From the NCBI GenBank assembly GCA_040954595.2, contig CM082594.2:9924296-9988295 (forward strand): 64,000 bases of DNA, read 5' to 3'. A program made the translations under genes and the position numbers. How positions within the stretch are numbered: the stretch's first letter is position 1; each line of letters starts with the position of its first letter. Positions 14,229 through 27,100 of this stretch are shown here, piece after piece. Source of the stretch: Balanoglossus misakiensis. Lineage: Eukaryota > Animalia > Hemichordata. The notes under the pieces were generated by a model that worked only from the letters and a program-made list of their open reading frames with translations, was not told where the DNA came from and made no database searches.

Positions 14229-17200
14229 TGGGGGGGGGGGGGGGAAGAGAGAGATCAGAAAGCTGTGCACACTTTGTAAGGAAGACCCAAAGGGCGTCAC
14301 AGCATCTAATTTGGTGATAAATAGGCAAGTCGTTTTGGGAAACGTGAAAGCACTTTTTTCTGAGAGTTGATGAATAATGTAAATTTGCAGAGTACCCCTC
14401 CCAAGTGTTTGTCTGTCTGTTGTGTGTCTTGGCAGGTAGTCCGAATAAATTTGCATACTGTCGTCCAAATGAATCATTTTGGGGATTTTTGCAGGCGAAG
14501 CAGACAGTAGCGCAGCTTCCTGTATTCTATATATGAAGTTCCCTTTGAACGTTGGCATCAGAAAACAGAATTCTGACCGGTTCAGTCGGACAGGTGTACT
14601 GGCCGTAGTTTTTGGCTTCCTGCCAGAGGGGGTTATGGGGGGAAGCTCATTGAATATTGAATGAGTAACTACGTGTATGCACGCACATTTAGCAGCGACC
14701 AAACACATGTATTGTGTCACTTGTTTTTCTCCCAAAGTGGGTCTGTGTAGGTCAAAGGTGAAGTTATCAGAACCAATTCTCGTGGCTTGTTTTGGAACCG
14801 TCAAAAACCTCCTATCTCATATTGGCAGTGCATAACTACAGTACAATTGCATTGTTGTATAATTAGTCATGTAAAATCTATTTTTGTGTTTTCATGAAAC
14901 AGCACATCAAATATTATTTACAAGGTACTTGTCAGCTGTCAACATGCCTTGGAACAGAAAAACAAGCCTGCAGATTATAGCGACAAAGTCCACCATAAAT
15001 TTCCTGTGTTTTACTGCATGTGGCAGGAATAAGCAGTAATCTGTATAATCCATGGTGGGATTTTGTTATTAATCTTTGAGGAGTTGCATTTCCTCAAATT
15101 CTTATCTTTATTATCCAATCAATTAAGAATGTTGACATCACGAAACAGTTATGTGCCCTACCAAACAACATCTTTTCAATCTTATGGTATTATTATGTGA
15201 ATTAATAAAATTGGTGCAGCAACATTCATGACATGTTTTTAGATATCATCAAAAGCGAATCATCGCTATAAAATGTGACCCTGGGCCAAGGTTTACCATT
15301 CAGGGGCACGGTCCCACTGAGACCAATTCTTGTAAGAGTTGTAATGTTATGAAAGCCTGGCTTTGAGTGTGGGAGTACAGAGCGAAAAACAGGAAAATGT
15401 GGGTGTTTGTTGGGAAATGTTGAGTCACGACACCACAATGGAACGGTGATATCCTAAAGTAGTTCAAAGAAATCTGAATGTAGGAGATAGATATGATTCA
15501 TGTTGGCTGTTTTATGGGAGTTTTGCAAAGGACAATAAAGGCATAGAGTCAGAGATTATTGAATCACAGCCAAGTCTCGGCGCAGTACACCTGTCAAATG
15601 CAGATAGCAAAGGAACTAAAGTTTTTCAATATTATTACTGGAGTTTGGAAGACACCTCTCTCTCTCTGGGTGCATCATTTTCATTGAAATTGGAAACCAC
15701 TACTTGTTAAATTGGGGAATTATATGTGATGAGAGAATACTATATTGCACCTGAATGGAGCAATTTACACCTTCAGCTATCCACCTTTTTTACTCCATTA
15801 GCTCATTAGGAGCAGGTGGCCCGCCAAGGGAAACACACTATCTGATTATAATTGGGCAATTTGAAACAGTATTAGCCGTGATAAGATTCAGCCGAAGATA
15901 AATATTTTCTTTGTCTGTCATGACTGTTCTTAGGGAAGTCTACCATGGGACGAGATCCTTATCTCCGGTCTATAATCTTGGGATACCAAGAAGTTTAGGC
16001 GTGGTATCTTGCCAATTAATGTGATGAATTGTTTCGGGGGATACAGGGTTAATTACCTGTTTATACCTGACTGGGCAGTGATTACATGGTCAGTGTGGAT
16101 GACGATTTTAACAAGTAGAATGATGAACACAGATATATGCATGGTTTGATTTGTCAGTAACTTTGCTGGTTTAATCGGGACTTCATTTCAGATTGCCATG
16201 TTAATTGTTTGCGCTCAAAAATGAAAACAATAAATGACTAATGATATAGAACATGATGGAAACAAGCTTCAGATCTCTTAAAATTGACTCTCCTTTAGAA
16301 AAATCATGTTTATTAATGAGTTAAAACAGTCAAGTAAAGATAAAGATACAGTCAATACTTCAATGCAACCACAGAATTAAAAGAAAACCCAAGTTAGTTC
16401 CACAGCAATAGATACGTGTAGTTGAATTACCAGAGGTGCTTTCCATTGTATGGCTTTACATGTGGTTGAACACGCTCATAGCATGTAGCTGTACAAAGAT
16501 TGCACATAGAGACAAAGCTTTCTGACAAAGACTGTCAAGCTCAGAAATGTGCTAATTAAGTATGGATTGTTTTAATCTAGCAGGAACCAGTTGGCCATTG
16601 TTGCAAGCCTGTAACATTTCTATCTAACAAGCCAAGCAGTTGACGCGCTTAGGCATATGAATGGCAATCAATTGGCACCTTTTGTGAGAAGAATAGAATA
16701 CTGCTGTCTGCATTGATTTCTGTGAGTACGTGGTTTGATGGTGGTATTTGCCGAAGGAAAGTGGTGGAACCCGGGAAAAATTTTCTACATTGACTTGAAA
16801 GAAGCCCCACAAAGGTTTGGGGGTGTTAAAGAGGTAGAGAGGCCATAGCCAGCAGAGATGAACAGAAAAGGTCGTAGAAAAACAAACAAGAGATGGCTAT
16901 TTTGATGTGGGAGGTTGTTTGCTGCATGTGAAGAGGGAATTCGTCAAGTGAAGCCAAGCTCCCTGGAAATTCTCTAGGATAGGAGAGAAGTTCAAGTTTC
17001 CGAACCCTGAGAGACTGTTTATCCAGCTAACTCAATCCCCACCATGTCATAACAGAATTTGACACCAATCAGGCTCGAAAATTATATTAAGTTTCTCCAG
17101 CTGACGCAAATGAAATTTGGCACCTTGCCGGTCTCCGGGGAAACCAAACTACTGCGATGTTGCTGCAGAATATCGCAATCTTCATCACATTCAATCACAG

Positions 17201-20200
17201 CGCACGAGAGATGTTAATCTGCTTGATGGCTTTTCCTGCTCACTAAACTCTACCCACAATCAATTAAGTGATCGCCTTTTATAATTTTAGGAGTGCACCT
17301 TTGCAGAAGGGATGTGCATTTGAAAATGTAGCCAATATCAATCTTATGACAGGAAAAAGTCGGGGAGTGCATCTATGACCTGCTTGGGTTCACAATGCAT
17401 TGTGGGTAAAAACCTGAGATGAGGATATGTTTACATGGGGCAATGTGTGATCTTTGTGCAGGCAGCAACTTCTACTTAACGTATTTCAGGTCAAACCAGG
17501 ATAAATTAACCATGCCTTATTTTGTCACGGAATCACTGCTTACCGTTGCAACCACCATATAAGTCAAACCCGCTTTATATATTGAAAAATAAGATGTATA
17601 TTCACTTTGGTATTAAGGAAGCCCTATAGGAGAGATCAAGAAACGTTTAATTGAAAGATAATCATCGCATTGAAGTTTCAGCTTCTTGTACGACATACAT
17701 GTTTGAGATGATGTTTGGCACAACCTGGAAAACCGGTTGAGTGTTGACATCCAACGCATATTTCATGTCAGCGCATAATGATTAGCAAGCCCTAATGTGC
17801 ATTAGTTTACTCGATATTCAATTTGTGTAAAATAAAAATGTAGTCCACAAAGCAGATGACTGTTTACAATGACTCCTTTCTTGCATATTCCATTCAAGTG
17901 TTTGTTCAGGCAATTAGCCGCAGGGCCTGGCACAGGCTTATATTTCCATCCCACACACACACATCTGCTAGCTGGCAGAAGCAAACTGAAACGTCAAGTA
18001 CATAATTGAGAGCAAAGTAGGCTTTCAAAGAACAGGATTTCTCTTCAACTGAGTTCACAATTTTGTACACACAGAGGTTATTTTAAAACAGCGGTGGGTG
18101 TGCGAGTGACTTTGATCCATTGTCCTCCAGCGATCTGAACCCGAGGCTAGCAACTCTCTCGGTTTCATCTCTACGAAAATTTACATCATTATGACTTCCT
18201 GCAAATTAATCACCAACAGTTTATAGGCCGGTGTATTCCCTTGACAGTGGCAAACTAAGTTACTTTCAATTTGAGGGCAAAAAATTTATGGTTAATGGCT
18301 AGTTACTGGGATTACCATAATTATAGTGACATTGATGATATCAGCAACTTGCACTGCAAGGGTGATAATTTGCTTTTCAAATTATCTCGTCTCTGATATA
18401 GGAATACTTTCAGCCAGACTCAGGGTGTAGTCTGTGAAACAAAATTAAAATTACAGAATCTGGTGATATTGCAGTGCGACCTAGTATCTTCCAAGCTGTT
18501 CCTATGGTGACCTCCGGTACTGTATGATGTCATTCGCATATGAGTAACTCAATTAGAATATGAAAAAAGTCAAAACGTTGGTTTTCAAAATGCTTTTTAT
18601 CATCGTTGTTAATTTTTATGGTGTGATTTACATGGTCTTGCTATGTGTAGCTGAGGTGTCATTGTCAAGTTGGAGGTCAATGGTAATGGAATTGATTTTC
18701 ATGGTACATTTTAATTGGACCATAAAACAGGTGAACTGAAACACTTCCATCAAGTGGAAGGTGACTGTTAGATTTTGTAGTAAAAGGGCAGCCAAGCACA
18801 ACTTTAATTTCATCGTGCTGAAACTCCCCTCATTCCAGGCCCCCTGAGGAAAACATAAGTTTACTGAGGCACCAAAGCACTGATATATGGAGATTAATTA
18901 TTGACAGGTCAGGTTCATGCAAGAGCTGTGCTTATTGATCCATAGTTTGTGTTAAATGTAGTGTGTGTGTTAAATATAGATAACGGCTGATATCATATCA
19001 CATTCATCAAAAGCTGTAAATTAATAAATGAATTACCATATAATTAACCTCATCTCAGTTTATAGCTCAGAGTTCTCTCTGCTATCTTTACACTGGTGTA
19101 TGAAATCTTGCACGTCAACATCTAGCTGATTTGTATTGAACAGTTACTCTTGAAACACATGTGGTGTGCTCACTCAACATGGAGGTGTTTCTTAGCTGCG
19201 TGTACGCGAGAAAAAATGTCTCCTGTCTCAGCCCCGGTGTTTACTTTGGTTGTCATGGGTACGCCTACTTGTAAGCGACATGTGCTAACAATCGGGATGG
19301 CACATGTGTGAGGATTCTGTGGCGTGTTTGGATGAAAAAGGTGTGAACAGTTCTCAAGTAGTTCTTCAGCAGACACCGTTTGGGAACACCGACGAGACGC
19401 AATTTGTCACATGCAACACCCGAGGCTCTTCAACCGAACAGATCACGTGAAGAGGCTGTCAGGTTTCTTTCTTTCACAGAGTGGGGGTGTTTCCTGCACA
19501 CTTTGTCACGCAGCGGTTTTGACTCGTCAAATTGTCCCCGGACCTACCTGAGCGCCAGGCAGTGTCGGTGTTATGAGTACTTGGTACGACACCATTACGA
19601 GAAAGTGCCCTCAGTTATTCTTGAAAATTGCAAAAGGTCAGGCGAGTCTCGTAGGCGTATACTCGTATCATATCACAGAGCTTTGAGGAATTAGAAAGGA
19701 TAAGTGATGATTAATGATACTCTTATGGAAGAGTTCGTGTCTCTCGGATGAGAGGTGCCAATTGATTGTGGGTCTTGGTACCTGGGAGTATGAAGATTAA
19801 TTTACGGACCCCCCCCTCCTCAACACACATACATGCATGTAGTGTTCCACTCTATATGCTGTTACAAATTGTATTCTGTTTCTGCTTTTTCCATGGTCAA
19901 ATACATATGTAACATCATTAAACATGAAATAAAAGGCCATTATAGACGTCCTGATGTAACCTGTGATGTTCCATTGTGAAATAACTTTATCTCTTTGTTG
20001 GGTTTTGAATTGGAGACAGTACAGTCTGATGTAGAACATGCCAAATAATGAAATTTATGGTAAATCGCAGGAAGAGAGTTGTAAAGGGATGAATTGAATT
20101 GCTGGGTGTATATGGATGTGTGTTTACTGATTACAAGACATGTCCTGTCTTTCTGTGTGTGTGTTTAGTCATTTAAATTCATTTGCGACTAGGCAAAAAT

Positions 20201-23200
20201 TATATTTTTATTGAACTAGTGAGGTCGAAGTAGATGCAATTGCAAGATTTATGCAGGGTCTTGTTTGGTCTCAGCGGTCGATAAACACTCTGAGTAGAAA
20301 ACAAGAACAAACCTTCCCAGTGCAAATGTGCATTAGATCATTATCAGAGAAATGCCCTGCCAAGAGTTGTAAGGTGATTTTTTTGTCTACATCTGTAATT
20401 TACAGGGCAAAGTTACTTCGTTCTTATGTAAAAGTGTTTCCATCGTGAAGTAATGGTCAACTTGACTGAACATTGCACTGTACTTCAAGGTGGTTCCTTT
20501 CATTTTGGTAATGATTATAAACGCCCCCATTATCGAGAACCATGGTGTTGCATCAGTGTCCAAACTAAAAACAATCCACGATGTGCACGTGTACAAAAGT
20601 GGTCGTACATTGGCCGAAGCCATGACAGATTTCTGAGTGAAATGAGTGTGTCAGAGCTCAGTATGTGTACAACTCTTCATGCTATGCGTGCTATGATAAT
20701 AAACACAGCAGGAAATTGGTCTGTCCGCTGACCTGAAAATATTTAGAGCTGATGATAGATGTCGACTTGCGACCCAGAGGTCGTCTCTCTGGATTATGTC
20801 CGCAAATGACTAAAATGCATTTTTCTTTTCTCTTTACTTTCAGCTAACGGAAGGAACTTTAGCCCGTTTTATTTCACCGAAGAACCGACGGACATCGTTG
20901 TACAAAAAGGACACCCTGCCATTTTGAACTGTTCTGCCCATGGCATTTTGCCACCTACAATAGAATGGAAAAAAGATCAGTTGTTTTTGAACTTAGCTGG
21001 AGATACACGAAGGACAGTCTTGCCTAGTGGATATCTCAGAATAAACAATGTGACTCATTCGAGAAATGACAGACCAGATGAGGGTCTCTATGAATGTGTA
21101 GCAACTGTTGATAATTTAGGTACTATAGTTAGTAGAACGGCAAGGTTACAAGTTGCAGGTATGTGTTTTTTCTATTTTCTCATGATTTAGTCAACTTTGC
21201 CAGAACCAGGGACAATCAAGTGTTTAATAGCAGTGTTGTGGTTTGTGTTTGCCGTCATATTTGTCACCAAATCAAATCAAATGGTCAAGAGGCATTAATC
21301 CCCCTGTATTGACTTTAGTAAGGGCTGTGTGTTTTGAGGGATTTGTCGGTTTTTGAAAGTCACACAGGTGTACCCGGAGAATAACATCCCTGTTATCTTA
21401 TGTCAATCATTCTGTGTCATACTCTAGAGTAGAGGTCGTGTATAATGTAGGTGATTAGAAACAGAGAAACTGGTCCAACAACTATTCGAAGCATAGGCTT
21501 TTTTTCAGAAGCAACCATAGAGGTGTGTACAGTGTCCGTACAAGTGGTTTTGACCTCTGAACTTGTAACTGGACTCTTATCGTTTGGTTTCCTGGAGCGA
21601 CTGTGGCAGGCACTATCTGCAGGAGAGCGTGTTGGCCAATTTTTGCGTTGTCTGGGAATTGGAAGCAGGTGTTCGGCAGAGCCGGTATTAAGTGTCCGCG
21701 TGGAGGGCCTCCACTGGGGAAAACTTTTCACACAGGTGTTCAACAGACACAGTTTTTTTGAACACCCAAATCTGATATATTGCACCCCTAGAGTGAATTA
21801 CGAGAGGGGGGGGGGGGCTGGTACTTTGACAGGCACACTGTGAGCAGTCGATTCCAGAGTTGAAGAGATATGACAGATATGGAAAGATGACTACAGAATT
21901 GCAGGGTTTGTTAATTGATTGAATCCGTCGAAGTCAGTGTACTGGTAAACCTTGGCACATGTTCATTATTTGACTTTAATTTTGAACAGAGAGATCGAGC
22001 TACATCTGGTTCTGCTTTCTTTAATATTATCTTCAAACAACACGAATAAAGAAATTCTCAGTGATAAAGAATCAAAGGATTTGAGATCTGAACATAGTTG
22101 TCAACAGTAACTGGAAACACGGGACCAGCGTTGCATGCATGCAGTCTGGCCGTTCACGTGGGGTTTTACAGCCAGACCAGAAACCATGCAGTGGAAATGA
22201 GAGAGAATGCGATCACTGTCTGCACATTCCAGTTGTGAAATGCTTGGGGGACATTCGAGACGGCCATTCTGGCTCTGTGATGAGAGACCAGCATTGAGAC
22301 GTGTTTACACGGGCAGTGTGTATTGTCATCCAAGGGTGACAGCAGTACCACTTTGTACCGATACTTTCTTCCCCCCCCCCCCCTCCCCCAAAGTCATTTG
22401 CAGACATTTCCTATTGTCAAACCCGTCAACCTACGACTCTAATTTTGATGTTTACTAAAATGCTCTCAAAGATACGTACTGGCACTGTAGCAGACCATGG
22501 TTGTGCAGGTACAGTTGTTTACCTGAGGCATACCATAGACCACAGATGGCCCTAGGTGGCGCTATTTTACACCCTCCCAGAAAGCCTTATCCATCGTTTG
22601 TGTATGTCATGTGTGACTGTCTGAACTGACTTAAATTTGACTGCATTAAACATTGTTACATTGCACATGTAGGTTCTATACATCAGAAACAAGTCTTGTA
22701 TCAAATACAGTACATTTATTTTGATGTACATGTAGTCTGCCCGGTGAATTTATTCAAGGTTTTTCAGCTTGGGGAAGTGTAGAAGTGGATTTCCTACAGT
22801 TTTGGGTATTTTTTTCGCAATTAAACGTTGTAAATTTGACACGAAGATGGACCTGAATCCCTGGGATTTAATAAGCAATGCTTCAGTGCACTTTGTCTGT
22901 CAATGACTTCCTATCAGCACTGCTACTGTGCGTGGTTGTCTAACAGAACATGAGTCACGGAAAGCTGAAGGTCAGACAACTTGATGACTTCCGTTTGAAT
23001 GAGAATAACACCGCTGATTGCTACCTGACTCGCTTCAATACTAGTATCAAGTTCAATACCACAAAGAATGGACAGTTACAATGACTATTGACGAACTGGC
23101 ACAAAAGAATACATTAACTCCATAATGTATACTACCGCTAGTTACAAAATCCTACAATGCTATACACCTTCACTATGTAGGGTATGGAATCTATGAGTTT

Positions 23201-24092
23201 GGACCTAGAAATTTAGAATAATTGAAATTTGAAGCCAGCTTTGAAGATTTCATCTCTCCAGATAGAGACTTTGGTACAGGTTGTGATCTGTAGCTAACGA
23301 ATGTATCCATTTTGTCTGTCAAGTGCAGTTTGTCAAAAATGATCAATAGTGTTTTTTGAAATGATTCATTTCTATAATCCGGGGGTTCAATATGACCAAT
23401 TCAATGGCAACACATGTCCAGGGTTACCATGATGTTGACATAAATTGTAATATGCAGCCATGTGGCATATTCACATGAGAGTTTCCAATGCACTTATGCA
23501 CATGCATGTTTGATGCAAACAAAAAATTACTATGACATCAATCCATCCATATTTTATCTTTTATGCATTGCCGTCATTGTATCAGTGGCTTGGTATTGCT
23601 TTAAATTCAGCTGAAAAATCCAGCTATTTTTATCCAAGATATGTATCCTACACAAGTCAAAGATCAAGTTTCCCAAGTAGACGGCCATTACCAGTAGCAG
23701 TTCAGTGCTGATAAATCAGCCATTGCTTGGACCTGGATGGTAGATTGCAAGGTTTTGTAATTGATAGCAGTGTGTGCAGTCTTCATGGTGAAGTATATTT
23801 TACGATGCCAGCCCTCAGGTATACGCAGATAAAAGATGGAGCTTCTGCACTTAAAAGGGTAAAAGGCTAAATACGAGAGTCAGGGATTGGAAGTTGAAAT
23901 ATGACCTTCTCTATCCATTCCCGACACCATCAATCCAGAGCGGGGTGAGCCTGTTGTTTGTCAAGGTGGATTTGAGTGAAACGGAGTCAATTTTGGGGCT
24001 GCGAATGAACTTCAGTTTCTTCTGTACTGAGACATAATGATTTCCATGTGTGTAAATGACAGAGACAGACAGACAGATACAAAGTCAGACAC

Positions 24093-24133
<41 letters not shown>

Positions 24134-27100
24134 ATGTTAGGATGGCAGTCCAATTATTCTTTATGTGGAAGTGCCAGCCAACCTTAATTCTAAAGGCATT
24201 CAATAAACGTGAGGAAATGGTTTCCGCCGGAATGAAACATGCAGAGATGTTGAAATTTCCTTAAGGACAGGTGCTTGGCATGCACTATTCATAAAGATTA
24301 CTCTCAGGAAACCCGCTATGTGTGGTTGAAGTCAAAACGCTGAGATTTTTATGGATAGCACTGATGAATCCTTACAGTGACATGGAACAAACAGACAAAG
24401 ACTGAGATTTGGAAATAGAGTGGTTGTCAGGAAACGGAGAGAAAGAGACCTTTGCAATTCTAGGCACTGATACAGGAAATGGGCATTATATCAAGCATTG
24501 ATTTACTGGCATAGTCAAAGTGCTGGGATGAATATGGCAATACAGGAAGTTGGAGAACACTGTGCAGTTCGATGCTATGGCAACCGTCTGTCTGTGTGTA
24601 CCTCGGTTTAAGTACAGTGTCTTTTTTTTTTGAGAGAGAGAGTGGAGATGCGATGATGCATACCGTGTTGATTGATACCGAGTGAAGACACTCTTGTGAC
24701 ACAGAGAATTCTCAGTCGAAGTAGATTGGTATTTTACAGGTTACCATGGTATTGGACTCTTCAATTGCTATCAAAGAAATCCACTGCAGCTTCTACCAGA
24801 CCCTCGCTCTATCCTATCAATGGGAATCCATCTAAAACGGCTCAGGGTTTAATCAGGCAAATGACCAGATTTTATTACTTTACTGCTCAACTGTGCAGGG
24901 TAGTTTCATCCTCCAGGAGCAAAAAGTCTTGCTCAATTTAATCCCCCTTGACAGTTCTCGGATCCCATACAAGCCCAGGTCAACAAGAACAACTCACAAA
25001 TGTCACCATAATATTGAAACACAGGATGGGAATGCATATTAACTTTTATTGTGCGACTATTATGGCTTGTGGGAACTAAGGGAATTTTGCAAATGGGGTT
25101 TTTGCTGTACGTAGACAGCAAGACTGTTTTTCACATGCTTGTATAATGCAGTATAATTATACCTACAATGTATGTACAGACGGAAATTTCACTTGGTGAT
25201 GGCAAGCAGTGCATGTAATTAGTTTGCTCTGGAAGTATGCCGTTTATTTTACTAAAGAGGCAGGCTTGATTAAAGCCTACCTTGCCCAATCACAAAACAA
25301 ATAATCAAAGTAGTGAGCTACTGTGTGTTACTGATTAGTGTCCAGTTTACAGTGACTGATTCTGAACTTGATTGTTTGTCATGCTGTTGTTCCAGTTGAC
25401 ATCAACAGAGAAAAGAGAGTGTTGCCTTGCAGAAATCTGACCGTAGAAGGAATTTTCCATTCACAGAATGGATTACAATCGTGTAAACAAGCATTTGCAT
25501 TACATATAAACTTAGGCACTTGCATATACCCATGTGCCACTAATGCTAATGTCATTCCAGACATTTTAAATTCCAACCCATAAAGTCTAATTTGTGGTCT
25601 TGTTACATTTGTATCTTACACTGTGTTTGGGGCCATGTGACTGTTGTTTAATTCACTACATGTTCCTCTATCTATAATATTGAATGATAGTTTTCTTCAA
25701 ATAAAGCAGTAGATTTATCCTGGCATGAAGGTGCTCAAATACCTTGAGGAGTCTCTCTCAGCTACAATTATAAGTTATTTATGAAGTGATTATAAATTTA
25801 TTGCCTCATAAAATTCCCACTGGTGTGTGAATTTAAACTTATTTGCCGCTTGTTGACAGTTTGAACATTTAGGGAGTCAGTGATTTGTGATGTTTTGGGA
25901 CTATGCGGAGTAAACAGTAAACTATACTTGGTCATTTAAAGCTATATGTGTATAGATGAATTTGAGCCAGCCATGTGTTTCTGATTTTCACCAGTAGATT
26001 TTCAGAAAAAAAAGCGAAAATGATGTACCGGTAATAAGTGGGTATGAAGTGACTTATTAAAATCTAGTGACAGAAGATGTTATCTGGTTACAGTGTGAAA
26101 GTTTTCAGTTACATCCACTTTGATGTTGCGGACAAACCATCGTTCAGAGCAACAGTGCACGTACAGCATTCTCTCTAGACATCGATGAATTATATCCAAT
26201 CTGCTCTGAGGTTTTGTTCACAATTACCCAATCCCACATGTCTACTAATCGCAAAGGGCAAGTTCATTTGTAGTCCAAGAGTGTTGTGGCCATTTCATTT
26301 CACCTCCTGAGCACAGTGAATCATTTGAGACAGTTGGTTTTGTTCTGCATGGTAAGACTAAAAGCTACATACAGGGTACATGTATACAGGCAGGGAAAGC
26401 TGTTCTTACTAGTCCTACTGAGAATTCCGTTGCTGGCGTCTCATATTTCGTATGTCCACCCACTGTCTCTCATGCGTTATGCATGAGTTTTTGCTACAGG
26501 ACAATTTAGTTCCAAACATTTGTTATGTAGTTGTAGGTGTAAACTGCTCCCCCAGGAATTCTTCAGTCAAATGTACAATCATTCATTCACTCATTTATTA
26601 CATTTACAACTGGGTGTACAATTTTGTCGAGAGCAATTTCATCATCAACTTAATAAAAGTGTATGTCATAAACCTCCCTTTTCATTCTCCCTGTAGTTAT
26701 TTATCAAAGTTATCTCTAATATTCTCTTTTGTTTTATCTCTTCAATCTAGATTTAGGAAGGTTTGAAGAAGAGCCGCAATCTACCTCGGTTTTTATTGGG
26801 GATACAGCAATATTTAGGTGTAGTGTAGATGCAGTTCCCAAAGCACAGATAAGGTACAGTATATTATGATCAGGTGGTACAGAGTCGATCCTGTCCAAAC
26901 CGTCAGAAGTCTGATGGCACTGACACCAATCTGTTCAGTATTACATCTGTTGAGTCCAGTGAAAAGTGGTTGATCTAGATCAGGATAGTTCACGAAGGTC
27001 TGCTTTTACCCCTTAAGAAAAATAACTTGAAAGTTTGTGTTGACTCTTCAGTAAAAATAAAACAATTAAAAAGTTTTTGCCTTTGCAGGTGGCAGAAAAA

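Noticed and set aside
14041-14804. Overlapping ORFs up to 206 aa with ERERER/SLSLSL tracts
   Set aside because: Driven by the (AG)n and poly-G repeats; no domain-like content
1628-20843. Nested gene or autonomous transposon in the large first intron
   Set aside because: Short ORFs show no recognisable transposase, reverse transcriptase or other motifs, and I found no consistent exon chain on either strand; a homology search could still reveal decayed elements
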